Below are positions 21,179-33,400 of a stretch of DNA of 34,482 nucleotides, in pieces. The notes beneath the pieces are model-generated. The model was not told the origin of the DNA and did not search any database. It worked only from the letters and a program-made list of their open reading frames with translations. The translations under genes were made by a program, and so were the position numbers. This DNA is from Atractiella rhizophila (taxonomy: Eukaryota), in contig MU271659.1 in NCBI GenBank assembly GCA_021432655.1, forward strand, positions 1-34,482, in the 5' to 3' direction. Numbering within the stretch: position 1 is the stretch's first letter; the number at the start of each line of letters is the position of its first letter.

Positions 21179-21241
21179 CTGTCAAACTGCATCTTGACCA
21201 TTTTTTGACTTTTTTGACTCTTTTTGACTCCGATTTGACAG
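21179..21241. repeat. Short TTGAC array with about 10-nt period, bounded by an 8-bp inverted repeat
   Basis: TTGAC at 21194, 21205, 21214, 21224 and 21235. CTGTCAAA (21179-21186) pairs with TTTGACAG (21234-21241). Confidence 0.6.
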
Positions 21242-22249
21242 AAAAGGTCTATGAGCATAAATACTCAAGTCCTCAGAAGAAGCTGAGATGCCCTCGCGCA
21301 GTTTAACTGACATAAACTCGTTTCTGCGTTGAGCCTGAATCAGTGGAGGAGTAGAATTCCTCAAATGAAGGTGAACGTAGCCAATATAAATTATTTCATA
21401 ACAACGGATTTTAGGATGAGTTCATGGAGTTGGATCCAAGCAAAGCCAGAGACATTCTTATCAGAAGTTCCACAGCTTCTATGTGCCATTTCATTGGCTT
21501 TCACTCTCACTCAGGCTGGCGCATCAAAGCAGGACAAATCAAATACCTTCAAGCGTTTATGTTAAAGTAGCATGAAGTGGAATACAGACCGAGCCCGCGT
21601 CGCAATATATATAGGAGAAAGATCGTCTTGATCATGATCAGGAGGAAAGGAAGCATTGCGACTTTGCCCAGGACGCACTTTGGATTCTTGATCTTTTCCT
21701 TTTTCGACGGGAAAGACCCCCTGCATCTTGTAGACATCACACTTGAAAGCTTGCTTCAACATTGAATGCTTGCGCTCAACCTGTCCGTCAGAAAATTGTG
21801 TGATGTGGCACGTGCGAGCAAAAAGTTGATATCCGATGCCACGAAGATATAGACTTTCAAGAGTTAGTTGTGCCTCTGCTGCAGTATTATATACATGCTA
21901 ATTGCAGATGCCATCTACAGCATGAGCATGAGCAGGTCAAACCAACAGCTTAAGGCGGGGTTCGGTTTGTCGCATCCTCCTTCTACGATTGTTTGCTCGA
22001 GTGATACTTATCTTTTGGAGATAGCAGCCCTGGCTGGGCTAAATCTTATACTGCTAAGATTGCCCTTCGAACTTCCTTGATACCGTTTCGCTCGTTCTGT
22101 TCGCCTTCGATGCTCCGAGAGATCGCTCCAGCTCGGGCGAACGCACAGAATCGCTGCGAAGGTCGACTTCAATCTCCGTGAGAGTGTATGAAAGCACTCG
22201 GCGTTGACACCGTCAGTTGGTGTCAAAGTCCACGTCGCTCACACTCATC

Positions 22250-23118
22250 ATGAAGGAGCTCGAGCCGAACCGTTCGTGCTCAGATGTCACACCAGCCTGC
22301 TGTGGACCTCCAAAGGTTTCCAGTCGCAGGGAAGGAACGGTATAAACAGGCTGCCATCTTTGAATGCCCAACACGTCGAAAGTCGCATTCCTGGAAAGAA
22401 CAAGTCGATGGAGTCTCATGACTATCCCTCCTATCCTCCTGCACTACAGCCAACAGCAAAGAAAGGAATGTCGCTCAACGGGATAGAATCCCAGTTCCCA
22501 TCTGCTTTCTACCCCTGTCGTGAACCACTGGACAAAGATTGGGAGCGTGGACTTTTCGGATGTGGGCTCAAGGACTTCTGTCTGAGCTTGTTTTGTCCTA
22601 GCATTTCTTATGCAAGTTGGATCTCTTTCCCATTTCTGAGCTTTGGGCTAAGCCTTCTCCTAACAGGGGAGAAACCGTTCTCGCTATCGATATCTAACTT
22701 ATGGAGGTATCCCTCATCCCACAGGAGGGGAAGGATGTGGTCCGGACGGAGTGTTGCATTGCGCAACTCACGCGTTATGTGGTTGCAGCTGGGTGTTACA
22801 GGTCCGTCTTCCTTGTCTTCCATTGACGCGGCTTGATAATTTGTGACATGTTGTGATGTCCAGTATCTTGCGAGAGGCGAATACAGAAATCGTTATCAAA
22901 TCAAAGGCTCCTCAGTAGGAGACTGCCTCACGGCTCTCTTTTGCAGCCCGTGCGAGTTAGCACAAGAATCTTATCAGATTGAAGTAGCCGAAAGGAGGAG
23001 GGAGGGAGTGATGCAGGTGTGTCTTCGAATAATGCATCAAGTTGATATATTGAGTGGTCTGGGATAGCAACCGCTGATGCCAGAGCTGCCCATGTCGTAC
23101 CCCTCTTCTATAAATTGA
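22250..23118 (+). CDS. PLAC8-family cysteine-rich protein
   Basis: The spliced product contains DWERGLFGC..DFCLSLFCPSISY|GRNRSRYRYL..CGCSWVLQ|YLARGEYRNRYQIKGSSVGDCLTALFCSPCELAQE, matching the W--GLF-C and R-RY-I-G----DC----FC-PC-L-QE signature. The first exon and start codon are less certain. Confidence 0.87.
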
Positions 23119-23516
23119 TTTATTACCGTCACAATAGTTCTATTGGCAAATTATAAAGGGATAATGCCGTCATTTGCTTGTTTAGCCAAAGTCGAGTCTT
23201 GAATTTTCTACTCCATGTCAAGCTCGTTATAGTTTACAATTTCGCTTTTATTGTCTTCATGCGACCAATCTCACCTAATTTACCATAAAACCACGTCCCT
23301 CGTTTAATACTTGGTAATCCAACTAGTTGAACGTCTAACAGTAGCGAAGGGGAAGATTCAAATCTTGAGTCATCTGTTTTGTTGTTATCAGAAGAAATCG
23401 AGCATGCACTCATACTCGTTGCATTGTGAACCAAAGAAACAAATGCAAACTGACGCATCCGAATAAAGTACATGAACGAAAGCAGGCTGCGATGCATCCT
23501 TAAATCAAACTACGAA

Positions 23517-25625
23517 TCAAGCATACATATCCTCATCACCACCAATCCCAGCCTCAGACCGTTCTGTCCCCAGTCCCAACCTTCGCAGCCTCACATCGTC
23601 CTCGATCTTCATCCTCACTCTCTCCCCCTCCTTTCTCCTCCTCCTCCTCCGTGCTTCTCTCTCTCTTTCCTTCTGCACCGTGGTCAATCCAAGGACAGGC
23701 GACTTTCGATGGCTCCCATTTTCGGTAGACGGCGTCATGACCAATGCATCCTCATAATCCAATCCTCCGGGCAGCGGACCACTGAGTCGCAGTGACGGGA
23801 GTTTGAGGCTTGGGAGTGAAGGACGCCGTGGTACGACGTCGTGATCGGAGAAGGGTGTGGGGAACTGAAAAGGGAACTGAAAGTCGGGTTCAGGATATAG
23901 AGGAGGAATGTGAAAATTCGAAAGGCTAAATGTGGAGCCATTATCGAGAGGAGCGGGCTATACTTTGCTGCCGTTAACTTCGCCTTCCAATTGGACAAGA
24001 AGACAAACGTACCAGTGACTTCCTGTGCGGAGTTGGCGATGTTGGAGCAGGCGTTGCGCTTCCAAACTGATTTCTGAACTTTTTATCCTGCGTATCCTGC
24101 ATGAGCTTTCATTCCTAAAGGGACGGACAAGACACACAAATGCAACCACCCTTTCTTTCAATCCTTCCAGTTCCGAATTGTAAGGATCTTCAAATAATAC
24201 TTTTCCATCCTCTACCGTCTTTCCCTCAAAGGCGTCTGCAAATGCAATCGGGTTTAAAGGTGGTTTGAGAATCTCATTGAACGGCACCATCTGTCCCGAA
24301 CTTCGAGCGGTGGAGAATTTCAGCCTTTCTTCCCGTTCGGAATTGGTGAAGTACTGGGATGGAATGCTGTAATAGTTCGATCGATTGAGCTGAACGTTAT
24401 TCGACAGACTCGGAGAGACGGTGGATGCGTGATGAAAGATTCGATCCGCCAGTAATTCGCGAATTTCGTCGAAAATGTATAGGATAAAACCCTATCACAG
24501 AAACAAACGATTAAAGGAGAGAAGAAAAAGGTATGAGAGAACAGACTTCGTAGATCTCTGACGCTCGCGTAGGTCCAAGCTCTTCGTGTAGATCTCTCAT
24601 CATGCATCTTGCAGCTCGCTCAAGCTTAAAAGCAGGCATATGTCGAGCGTCGGAGTCCAGCACATTCAATGTTCTGTTGGATGGATTCTCAGTGATTGCA
24701 CGAGAACTTAAAACAAAAACCAACGGATTCGTTTTCTGGAGGTGGGCAGTGAAAATGTTCATCGTCGTATCAACCACAATAGCGGTTCTCTAAGACGTCA
24801 GAACCCCCATTAAACATCACGATCATAAGAAAAAGAGAGAGGGAAGGGACGACAAACCAAGTATCTGTCATCTGCCGCCGTACCCAATCTCATGACCGCC
24901 TCTCCAAAGCTCTGTATCACAATATCATTCCCCGTTCTCCTCCTTTCCCTATCATACTCTGGTAAAGGAAACAGCCTCTCTCCCTCTCCCTCGTCCCCTT
25001 CCACTGGCAACTTCAGAAGTCCTTTAGCTTTCAACCTCCCCACTTCTTTCCTTCGTCGACCCAGTTCCTCAGCCATCCTGATCGCAGCCTGCCTCTTTTC
25101 ATCTCTCACCTCCGCTGGCTCGTCCATATGCTCCAAGAAAGAGAGCGAGTCGACGGGTAACAGGCTCTCCTCCCCATTCATCTTTCCCCGTTTCCATCGT
25201 GCATTCCCAGTCCGTCGTCGCTTCGAAGGTCCCTCTCCGCTCTCTCCAATACCGCCTGAGGGACCAGAAGGAGGTGCAGCAGGCGGAGGCAACTTCCGTT
25301 TCCCGAGATCTTGTGGACCTGGTGGCGGAGGACGAATGAAAAGAGAAGAATCACTGATAGGAGGGGGTGGAGGAAGAGAGGGGAGATTGGACGCATGGAC
25401 TGGAAGCGGTGGCGAATGTATGCTGAGTTCGGAGAAGGAGCGGGAAATGCCATCTTGCCTATCCTTTGACCTTGTCTTGGAATTCAAATGAAGACATCCA
25501 GCCATATTTGTGGGATTGTGATTTGTGTGAAGCGCTGGTGAAGCCATGGGACCAAAATCCCAAGTCGCTGCTCGTCCTGCGGTGGACGGCGGGAAGGAAC
25601 CGCGCTCAACTCTGAACGAGCTCAT
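23517..25625 (-). CDS. Hypothetical multi-exon protein (Pro-rich N-terminus, basic C-terminus)
   Basis: Consecutive minus-strand ORFs (25625-24810, 24777-24511, 24290-23958, 23762-23517) are separated by intron-sized gaps with GT-AG ends. No family was recognised. Confidence 0.65.
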
Positions 25626-27223
25626 GGTCTGGCAAATGCGGAAGCGGAGAAGGAAAGACCATCAACATCCGCCGTGTCCCATATAAGGAGAAAATCAGGC
25701 TCACGAAGTTTGCAGCAATAATTACTGTGTTTCAACCCCGACTCCCTTGTTGGTCAATTAACAATCAGCCGAAGTTGAAGCAACAATGATGCACAGACGG
25801 CGGTGGACGGTACAACAAAGGAAAACGACTCTAAGCACTCAAGCGGTGATGGCGACTTTGGGGCTTCTAGATGCTACCGGGAGATGATATAAAGACGCTG
25901 GTTTGAGATTCAGTCGAAGGCGAGATTGAGCAGATTGAAGAACAAAGGAATCATTGACACGTGATTCACAAATAGAAGTAAAGTGGTCCAAACAAACCCT
26001 TGTTCGGCATTCCTGCTTGAAGACTAACTGTGACCTGAACAATTACGCAAATGTGTGATTATAATATGATTTTAGCAAATGGGCCACCACTTTAGAAGCT
26101 TTCATGCTTCAATTCCTCTCGGTACGGTGGTCCCATAATATGAATTGAACCTGATCGTGGTAAAATGGACTCACCAGTGCAACACATTGAAGTTTATGTG
26201 CTTTGTTTACCAAACCCATAACAGTATCTATATTATTCCTTAACGTCTTTGAAGCCGTGAAGAATGTTAGCCTGGTGGGACCAAATTCTCTTGCTCATGG
26301 TCCACAATTTCAAATTAAACAACTTAATGCAACCTCGGTTGCAACCAGCTTGCCAACTTCATTAGTTTTAGCCTGTGGTGGAATATTACTGGCACCTCTG
26401 TGACTGAGGTAATTCCAGTTGGGGGTACGGTGTTTGTCGAATTGTGTGAGTACGACCATAAGAGTGTAAACATTTTGGTCTCTCCTTCCAAATCCGGACT
26501 TATTTCATATCTATATTATGGTGTCCTTGTCTAAACATCTTCGGTATTCGTTTGTAAACTTCATTCGTAATGGTCCGGGGTGGTATTTCGGCAGTAAATC
26601 AAGTTGCGGAGTGTTTGGGCTGAAGAATGATTCCCTACTTGCAGTTTTGGTATATTCTGTGATAGGCGGGAGGTCATCCTATCTTTCTTTGTGTAGCAGA
26701 AATATGAATGGTGATGTATCAAACTTTCAAGCTTCGAATTGAGTCGATCGGGGCCCAAAATTGACTCTATCCCCCTTCCTAATGAACCGTCCAGTTGTAC
26801 AAAGAGCTTTTTCTCCTCACGAACTATACAGAATCTACTTCGAGAGGCTAAGCATGGTCAGCTTTGTAGATATCGAACCACTTGGACCATGGAGAGGGTT
26901 CTCCTTCTCCCTTTACATAAATGGAGGGCATTTCATTCAGATTTATCCCATCCACTCTATTGCGGCGCCCTCGGATAACTCATGATTGCGTATTAAAGCA
27001 CAGACTAGAGATCATAATCACTTCTTAGCTTCAAAATATTAATCACACTCCGTCTCCCTTCTTCGTCCGCAGGTCATGGCTCAGTCCTAAGGTTCTGCAA
27101 CACGAAACAATTGATCATTTGTCTTTTACTGATCCTTCAAACAGGAATTCCCGACGCTCCCAGATCGCTAAGTTGTTTGGATTACCGATTATTAAAGCTT
27201 TGGCGAAAAGCCCCCGGTGGATC

Positions 27224-30162
27224 ATGGCAGACTTATTAAACGGGCTAAGGCACATGCTCTCTTTCCGTCGTGGACCGGTTACGACTCTCATTGTGGTCTC
27301 GACCATCCTCTTACTCTACTTCATTTGCGCGGCACAATACATTCAGCCCTCTTCCCATCTTTCCCAAAATCCCTCGGACGAGCCCCGATACAACCTCTCG
27401 CGCAGTTATTCCGATCTTCAGCACATAACCGCCCATCCACGGCCCTACAACTCCCATGCGAACGATGATGTCAAATCTTACCTGATTACGAGGATAAAGG
27501 AAGAAATCGCAAGGTGCCATTGGGCGGAACTGGATGTGGACGACACAAAAAAAGCGTTCCAGTCCTCATCTATTTCTAGTGGCATTACTTATGCCGAGAG
27601 TGGGAACTTGCTGGTCAGGTTCAATGGAAGCGATGGAAAGGCAGAATCAACTTTATTCAGCGCGCATTATGATTCAGGAGCCATCTCTCGCGGTCCGTGT
27701 CACGTTTAACATTTTCTCTCCCACACCTTCCACAATATGAAGGCTGACGAAGGAGTGCAGGAGCATCGGACGATGGAATGGGCGTGGCAGCCGTGCTCTC
27801 TCTCGTATCCCTTTTCTCCTCTAGTCGACCGAAACAAACCGCAATTCTGCTCTTCGACAACGGGGAAGAGGCTGGCCTGCTTGGTGCCATTTTATTCCTC
27901 TACCATCCATGGTCAAAGACGGTCCGAAATTTCCTTAACCTCGAAGGAGGTGGAGTGGGGGGTCATCCTAATCTATTCCGCATCTCTTCTTCCGCCGATA
28001 AGTCGATGCTGAAAAGGTTTGGAGAAGCGAGGAGACCTCATGGCAGTAGCCTGTTTTCGGATGCATTCGAGTTGGGACTCATCAGGAGCGGAACGAACTT
28101 CGACATTTGGGCCAGACCCGAACGTTGGCCCCTGGACGTAGATTGGGATGAAGGGAAGAGAAAAGGCTGGCAAGGACTCGATCTGGCGTTCTATCAAAGG
28201 CGGGACCGATATCATACTATCGGAGACAATGTTCCCAATCTTGAAGGTACGGCCAGCCTGGAGAGTATGCTGGACGACACGTGGGCCGTCGCTCGTACTC
28301 TGTTCTCGTCAAACACGTCTCAAAAGAACAAGAATGATGAAGCCCCAGCGAAGCTGGTGTATTTTGATCGTGCGTCCTTTAATTGCATGCAAACAAATGA
28401 TTGCCTGATATTTTATTCCCGAGAGTAGTATTACACAGAGTTTGGATCACGTTCCCTCTTCATGTATTGCGAGGGTTGGACATCACTCTTCTCGTTCTCG
28501 GTCCGATCAACGTATTCCCTCTTATCTTCTTTACCCGCATAAGATATGCCCTCCAAACTAAAAGGGGATGGGGAAGGCATATCTTTGCCTTCTTCTTGGT
28601 GGTCGGGACAACAGCCTGCGTGATAAGCTTGTATGTTCGCGTCAATCCAGATGTGAGAAGTCCTTTCTTGCCGGCACTAACAAATAGGACGCTGATAATG
28701 AATTGTGCTGGCCCGGGTAGATTATATTCTCTCGATCACTATCTACTTTATTCTCCATCACAGCCGCCTCAGCGTCGCTCCTGTGGATATTTCTACAACT
28801 CTTCCCCCGTTGGCGACCAACAACGAATACCAGGACAAAGGCAACGTTGCTGACGTATCTCCTCTTTTGGATGCTAGATGTAGCAAATGAGGCGCTGTTG
28901 GCGAAAAAGGGAGTGGCTGCATTTTACGCACTGTCCATTACACATGGCGTTCTGCTCTTGTCAACGATCATCTGCTTAGTCGAACTGATGGCCCGGTGCC
29001 CATCTCCTGTCCAACGACGCGGGACGAGAGGGTCACTACCTTCGGAGCCTCCACCTACAGATGAAGATCAAGCAGATGAAACTACAGCACTGCTTCCAAC
29101 GAGACAGACGGAAAATAAGCGCGAGAGGGGGGAAGAGGACGTCATTGTTTCAACTTGGTGGCTTGAATTCATCATTTCATTCCCATTCCCATTCCTCCTA
29201 TGGACCTCCTCTGCCCTTACTCTACTTGACGCGCTTTCCCCCACTGTCATCGAAGGCGGACCAGTATTAGGAGGTACGCACACTAGCTATCTGACGGCAG
29301 GAACGAGAAACTGATGCAATTGGAGTTAGCGTACCTTATACCATCGCTCTTCACCATCCCCCCATTCCTCCTACTTATTCCCCTTGCACACCGTTTCTCG
29401 ACCCGCCTCACTATATTTCTCCTTATCTTCTCTGTATTCGTCATTCTGGTCAACACAACCGCTTTCCCACTCTCACCCTCTTATCAGACCCGCCTTGGCT
29501 TTGCGCATGAAATCAACCTTCAGGAGAACACCAGCACTATCACCCTGTCTGGAATCGACGACTACCTTTCAAGAGCGACAGAACAGATACCATTATTCAG
29601 ACAGCCTCCGACAGGAGGCATAATTGAAAAGGTGAAAACGGAAGGAAACGCGCTTCCAAGATCCTCCAAAGCGTCACTGGTCGCACCATTGGACTTGGCG
29701 AAGTATGGAGGCGTACAGGACTGGCTGGAGATCAATTCTACCCGAATCAACGAGACAGCTGTGCAATTGCAATGGACCGCGAGAGACACCCGTTTTTGTC
29801 GCCTTGAAACTGGCTCGGCGATTCAGAGGGCTAGCATAGTGTCATCAAACGACGCAACAGAAATTGGTCTCTCCGCGCCGTCGGATGAAGGGAAAGGAAG
29901 CAGAATCGACCTCTTCGTTTCTTCCTGGTCCCACCACTTCGACATTACCATCTCATTCCATGCTACCTCTTCCTCCATAAACCAAATCGAGACTGGGAAC
30001 CGGGTAACATGTTACTGGAGTGAGTGGGAGCGATGGGCAGATTCTCAATTGGAGCAAGTGTTGACTTTCAAGCCAACGTGGATGTCAGTTTGGCCTTACG
30101 TGGGGAGAAAGAACGATTTAAGAGGGGAGATCTCTTCATTCTCAAAGCAGTTTGAGCTCTGA
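27224..30162 (+). CDS. PFF1: M28-family vacuolar membrane zinc metalloprotease (PFF1/ERMP1-like)
   Basis: An N-terminal TM follows SFRRGPVT, then HPRPYNSHANDDVKSYL. Zn-ligand motifs are SAHYDS, GASDDGMG, NGEEAGLLGA, NLEGGG and RYHT, followed by VYFD, a multi-TM region and a C-terminal luminal domain. GT-AG introns link the ORFs. Confidence 0.88.
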
Positions 30163-30463
30163 TGCATATAATGCGTAAAAGTCAGGTCTAAATCAAATAA
30201 CAATGCCTGAATTGAAGGTGCAGACCCTGTCAAGGTGGTAATTTTGGTTTAACCATGACGAACTCAATTTCAGAATATGCGATTAGAAAACTGCTGATGT
30301 TCTATGATTACTTTATTGTGTTGTTTGAAAGGAAACAGAAACATAAGGCTACAAGAATTGATTCATCAAACCAAGAGTAACGTAACATTCGAGAAGAATA
30401 TCCTCTCATGCTCTATAAATGTAACCTGTGAATTCCACATCTGTCCACGTTGGCGATAGGTGC

Positions 30464-33400
30464 TCATCGTTTTGCGTAGCGCTATGGACACATCAGCAAA
30501 AACAATGTCGCCGAGAGTAGAAGACATACCAAAAAGATGGAACCGACGACTGTGACCGCAGCGTTGAACACGACGTAAACTATCAGGAATCCAAAGTCGC
30601 GATACCTGTGGTCGTAAGAGATTCCAAGAGGAGTGTAGAATTCGTCGCCAACCTTGAGGTTTACACATCAGCATCTCTCGCGGGATAAAGGTGGTGACCT
30701 CTTACTTTGATCGGACAGTACTGGCAATTATCCGTGGCAGCTGGATCGACGAGATATCCAGCCGTAGCGTTCACGAATGGTCCGGCCCATTGTTCGCAAG
30801 TCTGACCTGCAGGCGGAGGGAAACTGAAGAGCTCAGATTCTCTGCAGGTGATTTCCAAACCCTGCTCCGCAATTAGGAACGCAAGGGCAGATAAGAAGGA
30901 AAGGCATACGTGAAGTTCGTTCGATACCAAGCCACTGATCAGATATGTCAGAGGATCGACATGATAGAGCCCTGTTAAATTGCATTTTAGACGTGGATAA
31001 CCCTGAAAATGAGATACGCACACTCCCTCCAGAACTTGGGAATTTGAGGTGGAGGAATTGTCACACCACAGAACAGGGACGTGACGATCAGGATGAAAGG
31101 ATTTGCCATTGCCGCAATGAAGATGGATGGCGACAGAGCAGCGACAGCTTGACCAATCGTGACAGCGAAGAATTCAACGACAAGAATGACGAGGAACGCG
31201 TATCCGGCCCTGTCGCTGGAATAGTTGAAACCGGCGGGGTAATAGAGGGACAGGAAGAAAGCCACAGCACACAGGATGCTGCCGGGTATTTCTGCAATAA
31301 GCTGAGCGATGGCGAAGACCGCGGGCGAGTACATTTTGGAACTGGCTTCTCGAATGAACACTTGGCGTGCCATGATGAACATGGGCTCAATTTGCGAGAT
31401 GACAATGGCAGGCAAGACGGTGACGATGAAAATGGCGAAGACACGGTATTGCAGGTCGGTGTAACCATTTCCCACTTGCAAGAACCTGTCGAGAGCTGCA
31501 TTCAGTCGACATCAGATGTACGAGCAAAGACATACGTGAGACCAGTCAAGAGGGCAATGACAACGTGAGCGAAGAGACGAGTGAAGACATAGTCTGGAGA
31601 TCGCCACATAGCTTGATTGGCTCGTTCGACCACGACTTTTAATTGCTGAGAAAAGGGTCAGTTTATGTTCTCAGCCAACGGAAGATCTTACAGTGAAGAA
31701 GGGAGTAGCATACGACAAGCTCTTCTCCTCCTGTATGTCAGGCGAAGCGGCTGCCTTCTGATTGATTTCCTCAACCTCAGCCTTGACCGTGGCAAACTCT
31801 TCAGATTCCAACCAGCGAACTCCCCAATCCTTATTGCCGATACGCTTCTGACTTCCGGCTCCTGCAATCAGAAACATCAGACGCCTTCGTTTGATGGATT
31901 GAAGGATACAAACCGATGGCATCCAACATGAATTCGGCGGGATTCGCATCAGGGGGACACTCAGCACCATTCTTTGCGAAGTAGTTTCGAAGTTCTTGAG
32001 AATCTTTGCCAATAGGCCCAAAATAGACGGTCTCTCCGCCTCGTTGAAGGAGCAGCAGGCGGTCAAAATGCTCGAAAAGGAGGGCATTGGGCTGATGGAT
32101 GGTACAGAGGATGCTTTGACCGGCGGCAGCGAGCTTTCGTAGGAATCGAACGATGTTATAAGCGGATTGACCCTGTAAAACAATCAGGACGCAATATAAG
32201 GGTTGACAGTAAGACTCACATCAAGACCGGAGGTAGGTTCATCCAAGAAAAGCAGGAGTTGAGGTTTAGCAGCCAATTCGACACCAATGGTAAGCCGTTT
32301 CCTTGCTTCTACACCCAATCCGAAACCGGGGAAACCAATCATGGAATCGGCAAGGTCCTCCATCTCCAAAAGTTGGATGATCTCCTCGACGTACGCATCC
32401 TTCTCTTCCTTGGAAATGTGGGCAGGTTGACGCAGGTAGGCTGAGAACCTGAAAGCTTCTCTGACAGTGCTGGTATATTGATGCGTATCCAATTGTTCGA
32501 CGTCTATTGATCTGCTATGAGAAAGAGTAATAAGGGATGAAACGGATACGCACAAGCAGTTCCCCTCTGGAAATCTTTTCCGAAAGTCCTTCCGTTGACC
32601 AGGCGTTCTCCACCGATGACACCAATAGTTTTTCGGTCGGACAAAACGTCGAGAAGAGTAGTTTTACCAGCACCAGAGGCACCCATAAGAGCGGTGAGAG
32701 TCCCAGGTTTGACGTAACCATAAACCACGTTCAAAAGTCTCTTCTTTCCACCAGGAACAGGCACATCGTCTACATGGCACACTTGTCAAAGACAGAAGGG
32801 CGAATAGCCAAGGAAGACGTACAAGTGAGCTTACTCCAGGTGAACGGCTTCTTCGACGTAGTAAGCGAAGACAGATCCTGCGTTTTCTTTCCACTCCTGA
32901 AGTCTGCCTTATGTTCTTGAAGTTTCTCATTGAGGGCTTTCAACTCCTGAATCCTTGAATCAGCTAGGAGCCACCGCCAGGTCCAAAGCGCCACGAACCT
33001 TATCCTCCTTCTTGTACACCTGAATGGCAGGCATTCCCTGTCCAAGCCTAAGATACGTAGCAGCAAGCTGCCTCCTCATCAGCAATATCCCGCACACGTA
33101 CATACAACAAACTTACACATTGAAGGGTCATGAAAAGGATGAAGTAGGCGACAAGGAAACCGAAATTCCTCCAAGCGACACCAGTAGGGTATTGGAAAGC
33201 GGCATCAAGGTAATCACCCCCACGAACAAAGGCTTCTCCAGTGCGCGCACCTGCCGTAAGAGGTGAGAAGTGAAGAGGATTGTCAACTCAACCACGCACC
33301 AGCCAAGGTGCAAACTTGATTGGGTCCCAGAGCGTCGGGGTATCCATCGACAACCCCGGGGATGTTTCGTGGGACTATAGTGGAACCTTCACAGAGCAAC

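Noticed and set aside
22095..22150. Hairpin or tRNA-like sequence upstream of PLAC8
   Set aside because: Only short stems (GTTCGCC/GGCGAAC). No cloverleaf or convincing A/B boxes.
26000..27000. AT-rich intergenic stretch with short ORFs as a possible element or gene
   Set aside because: No terminal repeats, transposase motifs or consistent exon chain that I can support.
31671..32183. Apparent frameshift or pseudogenisation of the ABC transporter
   Set aside because: Short GT-AG introns restore [32 protein letters not shown] in frame, so the gene looks intact.
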